Shown: piece after piece, positions 1 to 13,900 of the stretch
Layout: the number at the start of each line of letters is the position of its first letter
Numbering within the stretch: the first letter of the stretch is position 1
NCBI GenBank assembly: GCA_002633005.1
Contig: NMRA01000216.1
Span: forward strand, 1-64,000
Reading direction: 5' to 3'
Source of the DNA: Phoronis australis
Taxonomy: Eukaryota; Animalia; Phoronida
Length of the DNA stretch: 64,000 bases
Made by a program: the position numbers and the translations under genes
The notes under the pieces: model-generated
What the model saw: only the letters and a program-made list of their open reading frames with translations
What the model was told of the DNA's origin: nothing
Databases searched by the model: none

Positions 1-59
1 GGGCATGATTTGGGCCGTAAAAGTTTCCGCGTTTTTGTCATTGGTCATTCCAAGCCCTG
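1..59. mobile_element. Right end of a second copy of the 1117-1605 TIR element
   Basis: 1-59 matches about 1541-1605, including the terminal ATTCCAAGCCCTG. Confidence 0.8.
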
Positions 60-648
60 AATCACCCATAATTTTTTTGTTGTTGTTCTTGTGCTTGACT
101 GCACACACTCAGGCACTTGAGTTTATCTGTTCCTCGATAACCACTGACGTTATTCATTACTAAGAAAACATATGTTTCGTATATGAGGTTATTAGCCATC
201 GAGAAATTCGAGTGCCTGTGGTTGACTGGTGTTATGGGCATGCCAATGGGGAGATCGGAGGGAGTGAAAGACGGAGCTTTTTGCAAGTTGCGTTTTTGTT
301 TTAGTGGTTGATTCTGTGCTGATTGTTTATAAAACTTACTGAAATTACCCACCATCAAACTTTTATGGTACAATGAAACAACAACGACCTGTAAATTTTT
401 ATTTTTTGAAGTGCAACCACTAGCCATTTTGAATTTAAATCAAACGCAACCACCCATAAATTTTTATTACGACTGCCTTCCCCCCCTCCCACACAGATTT
501 TACTGGAACAGCCCTCATTTGTATTCAAGGTGCGTAGCTCCCCATCTGCGGTGCCCATAAGTGGTTGGACTGCTATTTCAATGTAACGCCACCCACACAA
601 CTTCCATTATTATATGATTAATCAAAATACAACATTTACACCCAACAG

Positions 649-3600
649 GAAACCGCTCTCTTGCTGGACGAGTTAAACAGACACCAAGACGCCATGATTG
701 CTAAAGGGTTTCGGGAAGCTCCGGCTCATGAGCAATGGTACATTAATCAGACAAGTCCTTCTCTTGTGTAATGTTTCGATGGAATGCCAGATATCGCTCA
801 AAAATGTTTCAAAATGCTTTATTTTCTAGCTAGGTCAATGTATTCTTTTTCATATTGTGAAATTCCATTAATGTAACGGAAATAATATTTGTCATATGTA
901 CACGTCAACGAATTGTAACACTTTCACTGTCTATTTTTCATTGAATTTCAGGACTGGTAAAGGCAGCGAGTGGATCAGTGCCAAAACCCTCGAGAACCGA
1001 CTTGTCGAGCCTGTTAGTGAAAATGAGGTAAGGATTACCACTTCAACATTACCTGGGGCCTGCTGTAAGGAAATTTCTAATCTTTGGAAGGGAAATTTCA
1101 AAGCTGATGAGGGAATCAGGGCTTGGAATTTTCCGCGGGAACGCGGATTTCCACTTTTTTCAAATGTTCTGTCCGCGTATTTTATAACATTTCCGTGTAA
1201 AAAAATCGGATTTGATATAAAATTTCCGCGGCAAATTCCTTTTTTACCGCGGCATTGCAGACGATGTTCATCTCGAAAAGCGGAAGTTGCTCTTTATGTT
1301 TCGGAGGAACGTAAATTGTCAACATTGCCGGGGCATCTGGGATAGCGTGGTGGGATTTTCAAATGCGTCTCGTGTTATTGTAAACCGCGGCGACAAATAC
1401 TACGGCTCTGCAGCCAAAAATGTGTGGGTTGGGAGTGGACGGACGAGCTAAAAGGACGCAGATGCATGCTACTGATGGTGGTAACGTTTTTTTTTGTCGG
1501 GAAAGGTTCACATCGACCATTTCACGGGCTGGGTAGTGCGCACGATTTGGGCCGTAAAAGTTTCAAAGTTTCCGCGTTTTTTGTCATTGGTCATTCCAAG
1601 CCCTGGGGAATTCTGTGTGATTTTTAGTGTTTTCCAAAGTGGGAATGGGGCTGATATTTGGCCCCATGGTCGAGGCATCGAAGCCCCTGGCTGCCTTGCC
1701 TCTTTGGCTTTTTCAGTTTTATTTCTCCTTAAAAATGTGAAAATGACTCGATGGATTTAAAGTGGCAGTCATTGACTTGGACCACCTATACCGTCTCAAA
1801 TTGTTCCATAGTCAAAGTTGAAGGCTCTTCAAGTTGGCTTGTGATTTTTATGTGCTTGGTGTCAAAGAATTATGAACTGTCAGACAATCAAGTATAACCA
1901 GTTGAGGCCAATTTTATAGTGGGGAGTACTTTGAATCAAAAGTTGCAGGGGATTGTTACAGTAGCTGCTTTACATGAAACTTTTGACATTTGAAACTGTT
2001 TTTGTTGGTTATGCCTATTTCTGTGGTGGCCATACTAGTTTTCAAGTAGTTTTAACCAACAGGTGGCGTGCAGACCAGACTGTTTGTGATCTATACTTCC
2101 ACACTGGTTCCACTCACGAGTTTATGGGTGGGATGTCCATTGCTAAATCTGATTGGATTTCCTTGCTTGACCAGTGGTCACGATGGCTCAGTGGCTAGAG
2201 CGTCTGCACAGTTAGCAGAATGTCCTGGGTTCGAGTCCCAGTCGGGGGCAGAAATCTTTTCGGACTTTATGTTCATTCGGTCACGTGATGTGGCCAACAG
2301 GTGGCGTACGGACCAGACTTGAAGTGTTTGTGGTAGTTTTAACCAAGGCATTATCTGGGAATGGGTTGCTTTATTTATTGTTTGAGTGAAGGGATATACA
2401 GTGAAAGAGTGCTCTAAGCTGCAGTAATTGTACTTGGGAAACATTACATGACAAGATAACTTTTCCCAGTTGTGTCCCTGGTGGTGTCTTTTACTTGCAC
2501 TATGCCACTTGCATCCCGATTCCCGCATAAATTACACAATGCAGAATGTGTGGCACACGGTTGTCTAGGTATTTACTGTTTCTGGTTGCGTCAGTTTCAT
2601 AGCTGTGGATGTTTGTTACATAATTGTTCTCAAGGTCTACGTTTTAGGATTCAATGAAACTCACATGAGATGCACGCAAGTCAGGTGTTTGCTCAACTCA
2701 GACAAATTTCAGCACATTGCTCTAGGTCGTGCAATCAGTATATTGGACTCTACCTTACTTTATAGCTAAAGGTATTCTGCCTGACTGTGTTTAGATCCAA
2801 ATTTACTTAAGTTTCATTCAGACTTCGCATGATATAGTATGCGTTTCTGTTATTTAGATGTAATCTTGTTTATAATTCCGAGTTTGACATGTGGCCTTTA
2901 ACTGCGACGTATTTCTGTTCTCGTTGCAGCATTTTCAGTTTGTCACGTTACTAAACCGTGTGCTTACTCATGAGTACTCTAACAGAGCCCAGGGTTACCT
3001 CATGAAGTTCCGACAGGAACTTTTGACTCAGGACATCTCCCAAAGTATACCACAGGTGAGAAATCTTTGTCTAGCTGACATTCTGTCGGGAGAGGGGAGG
3101 GGAGAAGCATCAAGATAACCTCAGAGACATGTGAGTCTAGGGAGCTGTGAACCCCCAACCTCCGGTCGCCACCAGTAAACACCTATACTGTCATACGGTT
3201 TGCAACATCGTCAATGACATTCTTTTGGATGTCATGGCTAACATGTTGATACCCTAAATATGCCTGCCCATTTTATGTTGCAATACATTGCTGCTTAGTC
3301 TTGGTCTTGACTGTTAACAGCTTCAATTGCTCACGGTGGGTATCGTGTACAATATGCAGCACAGACTAATTTTCTTTTCACAATGGCAGAGAGTCATTCA
3401 TGTCATTTCTACCACATCTTAGACTATAGCGTTGGTATGGTATAAATTAATTGTATTTAAAATTACATACGAATGGTTTTCAAAACAATGTAGGTGTAAC
3501 TAGCCAATGACTACCAACTGAAAAAATTATCATGTTTGATATTTTTAGGAACATTTCGCAGATTCATACATCTTATGTGATTTGTTAATGTCTACTTCGG

Positions 3601-6600
3601 TTGTGTGTTCAGTGCACAGTTTTGTATTTTCGGGATTAACCAGCTTTAAAAAAATTCGGTGCACTCTTTGTCTGGTAATTTGAGCTGCTTCAGGTGCCAC
3701 GATTTTCACCTCCTCTCCTCATCTGTCCATACAACTTTTAAAAGGCCCCTACAATTGTGAGGCGTCCCTGAGGTGTAACTTAATCTTAATAGATATTTGG
3801 TACAGGACTGTGTGTGTGTTTCTGCATGTGCAGTGAATCTCGCAGAAATCAAATCCAACCAAATCAGATACAGTTTATCCAGGTAATGCTAAATTCGTCT
3901 TACTTGAGGACAAATTACACAAACTGGAATAACCGTATTACAGAACTTATTAGTGAAGATCAGACTTACCAACATATGACTGACATCATCATTTCACTTT
4001 TATTACATGTTGCAGCTAATCCACTGGTGTATTTATTAATTTTAGCCCATTGAAGCTGAAAATGGCCGGCGATACATAGAGAGTCATGGACGAAAAAAGC
4101 GGACCGATGCCACTGTGCAAGTGTGGGAAAATGGCAGTGGACGGGTCACAATTAATGGACAGCACGATATATTGTACTTTGGCACTGTACAAGACAGGTG
4201 TGTGCAGACAAAACTCTTGGTGCTTCCTGTGCAATCAGCGCCGATTAACGCAATGGATGCTGTCCTCAGGGATGATACTTCTAGTAATATTTTAAAAACG
4301 TGGCTAATATTAGTTTGACATCAGAGTCTGCTGTAGCATGTAACCACAATTATGCACCCTCAGCAAATATTAATGAAGCATTCTTGGCTTGTAATAAAAA
4401 AATTCATCTTCGCCGAAGTACAGCTTGATTGGTGGTATTATTTGATAGTGTCATCTTTCTAATGGTGATTTCAGGTTTTGTAAAAACCAAGAAAAATTCC
4501 AGATTTGGTCAACTTTGGAAAATCTTATTTTGGAAACAGATGATCACAATATGAAACCTTCAGAGACTGTGCTTTGTGCAGTATTCTACAAAATGCTGTT
4601 AGGAATTGCTGTTGAAATGTTCCACTTTTGCATGAGGGGCTATAAAAAATAGGTTTACTTGAAAAAACAGTTTGTAAGAAAGTAATGATGATTTAAAAAA
4701 CTGTTACAGCTGCTGTTTCATGATTTTGAGTGTCTAATATATTAAACAGATTGGGTCAACATGTTATTGACACGGTAGTTTTGCTATCAATGTACCTTTC
4801 CTTTTTGATAAATTTTACTTAATAAGACATAGTCACTTGACCCGAATAATTTCAGTTTGATAAAAAGTCAAAATTTACAGACTTTCTGCTGCGGGGTAAA
4901 AATCTATAGTTTTGTAGATATGTGGTTAAATATGCTGCTGACTTGCCGATATGGTACTACATAACCTTGAACTGAACCTGTATCCTCTGTTATCATTCCG
5001 ATTGTGGTTGTTTGTATTTCAGCTGTGTGCTAATGTAGAGTGACTCGTTCACATTCAAGCAGTCCCCTTTTTAATCAGTTCTCCTTATTTTAGAGAGCAG
5101 GTCATGTTTCCACTCCAGCTGGCTGGAAAGCTGGGTGAAATGGACGTCGTTATAACTGTGGACGAGGGTGGACCCAGCACTCAGTCAGGGGCCATACGTC
5201 TGGCCCTGGCAAGGGCCTTGTGCAGCTTTGTGGACGCAGCGACTGTGGAAAAGTTCAGGCTAGGTATCATGTTAGAGAAAGCTTATGGTGTTTTCTACAA
5301 ATGATAAGGGGGAACGAAACCGATTTTTCTTGAGTAAAATACAGATCTTGCATCATCTTGGAAGGACATTTTCAATTTAACTGCTCTCCCCTTCACATGT
5401 ATTTACTCTCCATAAAACAACAGAGGTAAACAGCCAAGCAAAAGGCCTGCATCTCAATTGACCTATCGTCAGGACTTTGAGTGATGGCTTAACTGACCAA
5501 TAGGAATGCAGCATTCTTGACACACCTTCGTTTCCAAGCTGCCATTTTACCCGACAAACATCATGTTGCCGGGTAAAACTTATTGTTTGGTTGTCGACAT
5601 TACACAAGGGGCGGAGCTTGCGGTTGGTCAATTGCTCCTGTATTCACATCCACTGACCAAACATGATTGAATGAATGACATAGTGTGTTCAATAGCGATT
5701 TGGACATAAATGGAGGTGAATATAGAACCAAGATGCGGGTCTTTTGCTGGGTCGTCCACATCGCATTCTGTTGTTTCATGAATAGTAAATTTTCGTCACG
5801 GCAACAGTAATCAAAACAAAACCCTTTTGATTATAACTAACATCAAAAATGGTTGCTTTTCCCTTTAATACGAAACTATTGCAGTAGTAGTTATTAGGAA
5901 ATATCCGCCCGTTTCATTGTATGGTTCTTAGTGTACACACTTTTATTGTACACTGAAGTTGAAATTCATGTATCTGTGGTATACTGTGAGCCAAAGGCTT
6001 GGGAAGTTGTTAAATGTGGCATGTATATACCCTATATCGTATTTTTTATTGAGATTCGGTTTAAAAAAGGTACTCTAGATGGTCTTGTAAGGACTTTTGA
6101 AATTACTCTACAATGTTGAATGAATTTCTTAAAAAGTCAATAAGATTGCTTACTCGAAAACATTGTAGGTTTTATTATGTTCAACCAAGTCATTAGACAT
6201 CAAGTGGTTGGTGACTGTAATTAGACCTGTGTGTTTCACTCTTCGGTGTCTTTTTGAACTCAACATTTGATTCATTTCAGCTGGTTTGCTTCAGGAAGAT
6301 CGTAGATTTAAAGAGAGAAAGAAGTTTGGCCAGGAAAAGGCCAGAAAGAAGTGGACTTGGTATGTATCACGTGGCAGTTGTAAAACCCTGAAGCATTCAT
6401 TAGAAGCTCCCTCTAGTGTCCACAAACAGCTGATTTCCAATGGCACATTGCTTCTGGTGCATAAAGTGATAAACACAAACAAGTCGGATACTTTACTTCA
6501 TTCTTCAACAATTTGTCAGAAACCACTTATAGTCCGAGAAAAGTACAAGGTGAGGTCAATTTTAGAATTTTACATTCCTCTGGTACCCACAGACACTGTT

Positions 6601-7502
6601 CTAGTAGAAATTGAACAAATCCATTTTTATGACCAGAATGGACATCTATCTTGTTGATTATTTTGTTGAATAAAACAAGTTGTTTTCTGGTCATAAATTT
6701 TTAAGACAAAGACTTAGGGACAATTCAAAACTATTGCCCTTTTCATGAACATATTAGTTTGAAACAATTCTTATTGAATTTTGTTTTTGCCTGGTTAGAT
6801 CTTGGTGGCATTTCTGCTATTGGTCATTTCATGATGTTTTACGGTGTGAAATGTTATTAAATGTTGAATTTTGTTGACATTTCTGTTTTCGTGACGTCAA
6901 AAGCAATGCAAGCGTCAAGCCTTGACCCCTCCCCTTTAAATGGAACTTGCAGGCTAATTCCTTATATCTGTCATTGCTTGGCCAAATAAGTTAGAATCGC
7001 AACATATAGCGACGATCTGAATATGAACTAGGTAGGTTGAAAATTGCCAAATGTTTTTTATAAATGGGTTTTGTGGTTAAAATGATCGGCCGCAAATCAT
7101 TGAGCCGTGTCCAGTAAGTATCATGGTGCGTTGCTGGGGAATAACACTACACGATGTGAGCCCGTGAGGTACGTCATAAGGGCAAAGGTCACCTATTGGG
7201 AGATTTTTTCTGGATTTCACATTTACAAGTTGACAACTGCACTTTATTTAGTGCAGATTATGTTAAAATACATCTTTAAAGTACAAGGTCTGTATGCTTT
7301 TGAAAATGGCGATAATTATGAACAGTCCCTTAGTGACTACGTGCATGTTAAAAATTCCTGGTTCACAAATACACAGAGTAGCTCATAGTAAGACAATGCC
7401 ATGTTCATGACATAAATGCTGTGTTATCAGCCATTCTCTATTGGTTGTTCCCTCAACAAGCATGACACAGCACACGTTTCTGCTTACAGGAAGAAGAGAT
7501 GA
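649..7502 (+). CDS. MRPS9: Mitochondrial ribosomal protein uS9m, 3' portion (5' exons lie upstream of the window)
   Basis: Phase-compatible GT-AG exons 649-737, 952-1027, 2930-3055, 4046-4197, 5094-5263, 6281-6359, 7490-7502. They give ...GSEWISAKTLENRLVEPVSENE...GRKKRTDATVQVWENGSGRVTING...QDREQVMFPL...GGPSTQSGAIRLALARALCSFV...AGLLQEDRRFKERKKFGQEKARKKWTWKKR*, the uS9 C-terminal signature with the mitochondrial N-terminal extension. Confidence 0.95.
1117..1605. mobile_element. Non-autonomous hAT-like DNA transposon (MITE), 13-bp TIR, 6-bp TSD
   Basis: Perfect TIRs CAGGGCTTGGAAT / ATTCCAAGCCCTG; flanked by GGGAAT at 1111-1116 and 1606-1611; GC-richer than the host intron. Confidence 0.85.
2176..2250 (+). 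pseudogene. tRNA-like sequence (tRNA pseudogene or SINE head) inside a repeat spanning about 2046-2346
   Basis: A box TGGCTCAGTGG, anticodon-like stem TCTGC/GCAGA with 7-nt loop ACAGTTA, T arm CTGGG-TTCGAGT-CCCAG (B box). The acceptor stem is mismatched and there is no U33, so it is not called a functional tRNA. Confidence 0.7.
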
Positions 7503-7899
7503 GAAGCATGCTTTGCCTTCCATTGGGGCAATTTCTGTACTCTTATGCTGAAGTCGGTTTCTGTTTGAGGATGATGTCCATACAGTTGAGAACAAGATTT
7601 AAAGTCTTCCTTCGACAGAGTTTTGTTACTTAACAAGTTGTATTGGTCTATACAGATAAAGTACCAGACAAATGTAATCCGACAAAATACCGCTACCCTG
7701 TCTTGACTAATTTAGTTAAAATGACAACAGTTATGACTTCAATGACAACAATGACTTATGGCATTTGTGTCCTCGGAATGATATTAAAAAGTATTGTAGG
7801 ATCCAACTCTACCTGTGATACCGTTCAAGGTAGACTTTAACAGCTTTGAGAACTAGATGATACGTCTGGCCAGCCACCAGTCAAAGTTTATGTGTGCTC

Positions 7900-7905
7900 A
7901 ATAAA
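7900..7905 (+). terminator. Probable MRPS9 polyadenylation signal AATAAA
   Basis: First canonical AATAAA after the MRPS9 stop (7500-7502); an ATTAAA variant lies near 7783. Confidence 0.55.
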
Positions 7906-7942
7906 TAATAAATTATTATTATTACACATTAACGTTCTTATG

Positions 7943-10900
7943 TTATTTTTTCCTCTGTGGCGTCCACTTGTAGACAGCTGCTGTCTCTCTCGTTTCGTCG
8001 CACACTTTCTTTTTTCTGGCCTTTTTATCCTGAAAATAGTGGTCATTTAAATTCTTTATTGTGTTGCATGAAATAAATTGTACCTTCACCATCACATGCA
8101 CGACAGCTCACAAACTGGAATGTTATTGTATTCACTAATCATTTCATACTAGTTAATGTGATTTTTGAGTTAAGAAAGGTCCATTTCACAGCAACGAGGA
8201 TATATCATTGTGTACTCAAAGCAATGCATCATTATATTGTAAAGAATTGCTTTTTTAAACATTTTTAACACAAATTACAATATTTTACGTCATATAACCT
8301 ACGTCGCACAATATACTGTATCTTAATGTTTACAAAAACAGTGACGTTAAGCTCTGCCAGCAATCTAAAACAAAACATAACTGAAGTTTACAATTACCTG
8401 CACAAAAAGACCTTGCACACTGCAGCTCATAGGACAACGTTCAGGATGGGTGTTTGACATAAAATTCTACCTTCATCGTGGAATAATTATAATTATGTTT
8501 CGACTACCTCGTGATCAATACTTTGCCATAAGCATAAGCAAGAGATGGAGGATGGTGTATTATGGGAACTTGCAGGGGAACCTACTACAGTGATTGGTAG
8601 TTAAATGTTGCATCGTTATGAAAAAAAGACGCAACTTACAAATAATTTAAAACTGTACAGACGGACGTCTTGACTGTTCGTAAATGTCCACATTATTAAA
8701 CCTATCCGGTAACCAAAAACCAACAACAATGTCTTGCGGACGGCCACTGCGTCTATCAAACTTACCATCAGATGTGTCTTGACTTCCATTTTTTGTGCTA
8801 TGATCGACAACTCTTTCTCTCTGTCTATTCTCTTCCCAAGTTCTTTATATTGCTTTTTTCGTTCCTGTGAAAGCTCCTACCAATAAAACAAGCAAAAAAA
8901 TTGATACTAGACATCACGATAACAAAGAACTATAAGTGTAAGCACGCCTTACTTCAAAACTTGAATTACACTTGCCAATGACAAAAATGCATATTGTAAC
9001 AGTCACGCACGCTATACGCCCCGTGGGTGCTCAAAATGGGGTACACTGAATTTTTTCCCCAACAGCGGACTTTTAATATTGACGCTTTCTAGAGTAATGA
9101 GAGCGTGAAAGTGACTTCCACTTAATCGCGTCAAAGATTCAGTGGACAGAAATTCAACCATTATATAGCGGCTCATTAATTAAAAAACAGCCCTTCGAAT
9201 TGTTTGATTAGTTTAAATTCACCAATATTCTAGCTGTTTGACATCCACTGGCATCAAAATTATTTCACTTATTCAGCCACTGGCTTTGGTAAGGATTATT
9301 CTTTACAGTGGGAAATGTACGGAACATGGTCCCCTTTTCATCCATTGATATTTCAAGAAGTTTGCCTTTTTCTGTAAGCCATAAGTACACCCACCACACA
9401 GCTGTGAAAATTTGCCAGCATTCTGATAGCAGGAAAGCTGTTTATACCAGTAGGTTGAAACTTGCCGTCCATATTACCTGAAGGTGGCGCTGAACGCCTG
9501 TCTACCAAACACCAGATCATTGTCTGGCGGGATTATGAACTTTATCATGGCGCAGCTATTTGGAAGTCCAGGGTGTGTTCTGCGAAATCTGAACAAGGCT
9601 CCATCACTCATGCCTTACCATAAATGTATCTTCATCAAGATCTGCCACTACTTGTCCAGCTTTGAGCATGTCCATTGTTGGTCTGTTGTAAGATCGACAT
9701 AACAAGGCAGGGTGCGTGTTCAGTTGTTTAGCTGGGTCAAATGATTTAGCTAAGAAAAACAACGAATATCATCATTAACTGATTGCATTAACAATATGAA
9801 GTAAAACTCGCATAAGTCAGACACATTTTCGCTTAACTTGTTCAATAATTCTAGTCAGTACACTCTGTCGTTCATATAAGTTGGATTTCACCTTCCTCAA
9901 ATGAAATCTCTCGGTCTGGTACGGACTGAAAAATGTGAGTTCTACTTTAACCTAATTTTGTTTACAAATCAAGAACAACAAATTACAAATGATTGTGTAC
10001 CACTCACAATTGGGAAAATTACTGAATAACGACAAAGAAGCAGCTACTCAGAGTGATCACCATGATTTAGGGGTCACCGTGATTTAAGGGTCACCGTGAT
10101 TTAGGGGTCACCGTGATTTAGGGGTCACATACAAATGATGAAACAACACAGTCTTTAGTAGCAAAACACTCAATTATGTCATTTTACTTTAATGATAATT
10201 ACCTTCTTTTTTGGAGTCAACAAAAAATGTGTGTTTATTTTTAGGCTGACCTTCATCATCTAGCATGTGCAGGGAAGACTTGAGCCTTTCTATTTTCTGT
10301 AGAGAAAACAGAAATCATCATTACATAGCACAATAATTAAAAAAACAAATTGAATGTAGATCAATGGGAGGACTGAATGATGAAAACAAAATGAAAGCAA
10401 ACAATATGCTTTTCTAGCTGAAAAGCCAGAACAGCGTTTCAGGTAGCCTGAAATAGTTAAAAAATGACAACAAATTTCAAGAAGCTTCATCAAAGTTGTG
10501 GCGCACTCTGAATCATCCGAACAGACAAAAATTATTTGTTTAGAATTTCTGATGATTTTTCATCACGAGCGACTTATCAAATTTCATAAGCCTGTATCTG
10601 TTACTGACTAACTCGAGGGATTTCATCAACAGCACTGTCATTTAGGATTGAATGCGAGCCTCAAAATGCACCCAGCGATTGTATAGCTTAGCAAATACTT
10701 TGTGAGAAAGAATCTCGAGGCACATATGATATGATCAGAATGAAGTTGAATCTAATCACATAAAACGCAAATTATATGAAAGCTGCATATCCCTAGGTTA
10801 TCTGTGACGTGACAAGATGTTTATGCGCCGACAAAAGTCCCACAATGAAGCAGCCATGTACTGAAATCCCCGGACTGACCAAGGACTTGCTGAGGGAATT

Positions 10901-13900
10901 CAGAATTCAGTCTAGTTTTTTGTCAGATTTAACCACAGACTTGGTTCAGTGGTGTTCATAGGCATTTGTAATCTTCAAAAAAATGACAAATGTTTTTGTC
11001 ATTGGAAAATTTCAGAACATCCTAATTTACAGATGGAACATGATTTTTTCTTTATCTCCATCACAACTGTTGGCGGAAGTTCTACAAAACGAGGCAACTT
11101 CAAGATTAGATTAAAATTAGCCTTCCAGTTGCAGTCTATACAGCCTGTTAGTCGTAGTCCAGATACCCACAACAATGCTAGCTAGTCTTTGTATACAGAC
11201 TGGAATTTTATACAGCCTGTTAGTCCTAGCCTGGATACCCACTCATGAATTTTTTTCAATGAAAAACTACAACTGTACAGTGAGTAAAAACTCGTTCTTA
11301 CCTTGAGTTCACATGACCTTTTATAATTGACATATTTTATATCTTGTGAAGACATGAGTTTCAATTGATCTTCCGTGTATGTGGGCACTTTGTCCTCGTT
11401 GTGATGGACACCATCCTGAAACCAATGGGAAATTAATATGCATTTGGACATCCCAAAAACAGTTCTAACCTAATTCGTTTAAAAATTCAAAATCTTTATC
11501 CTATACGATGTGAATTTCATATATTATTATTCAAGGTCTTTAGACAGAAACGGTAACCGTTACTAATTCATAACAAAAAGGTGTAACAATTATTATTTCA
11601 AAACCCAACAGTCCATTGCAACTCTGGTAATTTGCCTAAAAACACATAAGCGAATATAAAACAGATAATTTAATTCGTTATCTATTCTTAATAAGTAAAG
11701 GGAAAACCTTGCACATCAAAGCCCAGGTAATAAAGGTACTTGAACAACAGAACTTTATTCAAAACCAAACAAAACACAAGTTCACAAGCCATGCCAATAA
11801 GCGTTAAAAGTGTTTTCTTTTGGTAATTTGAAACAAACTACTTTACAACCTTCAAGTCTGAACAACACAGCACAAAATAACATCGTCTCAAAATGTGAGC
11901 CATCGATGAAAAACATCAGTTGGAATACCTCCATCCTGGATCGAATCATCTTGAAGTAGAACTCATCTGGATTCTTGTCCAAGGCCTTCTGTCGCAGAGC
12001 TTTGATAGTCTTCTGCTTCCTCTGGTAGTCACTGGAGAAAGTGGACAGAATGAGCAGTAGTGGCCACAAACAGTTGACATGTCAATACACAACAGATTTA
12101 CATAGTACATAGAATACTCAAAAAACCAGCAAAATCTCACCAGTTTAGAAGAAGACAATATGGCGAACAGGTGACATTTCATTTTCTCATTTTTTACACA
12201 CGACAACGTACCAGAATGATGCTTTGTCGTGTCCTCTACAATTGCTACTAAAAGACAATATTTTGAACATAGTGGACGCTCACAACAATGTTAGAAGCCC
12301 TTGAAAAGTAAAAATGCACAAGCTTGCCAAATATTTTTTTCTGAAATTGCTGGGATTTTACCAAACTCTGAAATATAGCGGGTATTTGTTTGTATTCCAG
12401 GTTTCTTTTCCAAGGCACAAAGTAACGAAAGAGCCACAGTTAACTGTTACAGTAATGTTAATTATGCAGGAACAACAAAATAAATGGTGATTTTCCAGAC
12501 TATGCACAGCTGAATCAATTCAACATAAGGAGAACTTACGTTGCTCTGAGTTTGTAATCTTTCTTCTTTTCAAGCAATCCAAGATGTTCTCGTCCAGACA
12601 ACTGAAAAACAGAGGAGAGTATAACATTAAATGCCACTTCTTCAAGGTAAAAGTATCACGTTCTTTAGACATCACACCCCACCGGCTCCATCATTGCTGG
12701 CTTCTCTCAATGTATCTCACAGCCAGGTGCCCTTCCCATTACCCTCTGTGCATTTCCATTTAACCACGAGCGTATTGAATGTAATGGCAGCTCTTTCTCG
12801 ATATCAGAGACGAATGAAGGAAACTGGCTGAAAGAAATCGTAATTGCCAGAGCATTTGTTTCAAAAACATCGACAGCCTTCAAAAGTGTCCACTAAGCTT
12901 GGAATGTACTTTTAAGTACCTTCTTATAAAAAGCAACATAATAGTCAGGAGGTGTGATTTACTCAATATAGCTCCCTCGTACAGGGCCTATTGGCTAGAC
13001 ATCTGTAGGTAAGTATCTGAACTACAGTAGCGTGGTTTAGTGGCTTCTACGAGACTCAATTGTCTAAGTCTCGCCAGGTTCTTAATCTCATCATTGCATC
13101 ACCATCAATGAATGACTCCCAACAAAGATCGGCCAGCAGCCATTCATAGATAGGGAAGTTAGTGATTGACAAGTATGTCAAACAATGACGAGATTGAGGA
13201 ACTCGTGAGACTTTTCACAGATATAATTATGGCAGGGTAGATAACAGTGAAAGTCTCTCCATTTCATCATATATAATGTCTGAGAGGCATGTTTTAAACT
13301 TTTTAAAAGATTTAGCTCCCGGCATAGTAGCCTTGTTGCAAATTTGTATAACTATACAGCTTTGCCCCAGTGTCTGAAAAGCCCGCCAAATAAAACATGA
13401 CCAGATTATTAATGTCACTAAAAACTACACTCATACTGAAAATTAGTTACAGTTGCTGAAAAAATTGCCATTCTACTATTATTCTGCTGCTAAATTGTGG
13501 AGCAATCTTACACATCGGCATTCAGCGTCATAAAACTAAGTGCCATCTGTTGACAATTTCGTTTTTCGCTGCCTGACACTTCAATCAACTGCCATCTAGC
13601 AAATTATTGGAATTGGTACATTTGTAGTATTTCTAGTAATTTAAAGATTTCTGAAAAAAATATGCCTGGACAAAGCTTTCATCATCTCCCAAAAGATGTC
13701 ACAAAAATTTTAGAAAATGACACACGTGTATGCATGTCACGAGCGTACTAGTACTGATATAAAGATACTGTTAGACCTCGAAATTCGAAATTACCTAGGT
13801 GGTTCTGCTCGTCGGCACTAGTCGGAGAACCAGGCAATCACTGAATAACGGGCTCATTATTCAGTGGATGAAACTGGTTCTCAAAATCAGGGACAGCTAT

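Noticed and set aside
896-1345. 149-aa ORF as an independent gene
   Set aside because: It is an MRPS9 exon reading through into intron and MITE sequence.
2176-2250. Functional tRNA gene
   Set aside because: Mismatched acceptor stem, no U33, and embedded in a dispersed repeat.
10439-10566. Possible box C/D snoRNA in a UTP11 intron (GTGATGA...CTGA on the minus strand)
   Set aside because: No terminal stem or recognisable rRNA guide; short boxes are expected by chance in AT-rich DNA.
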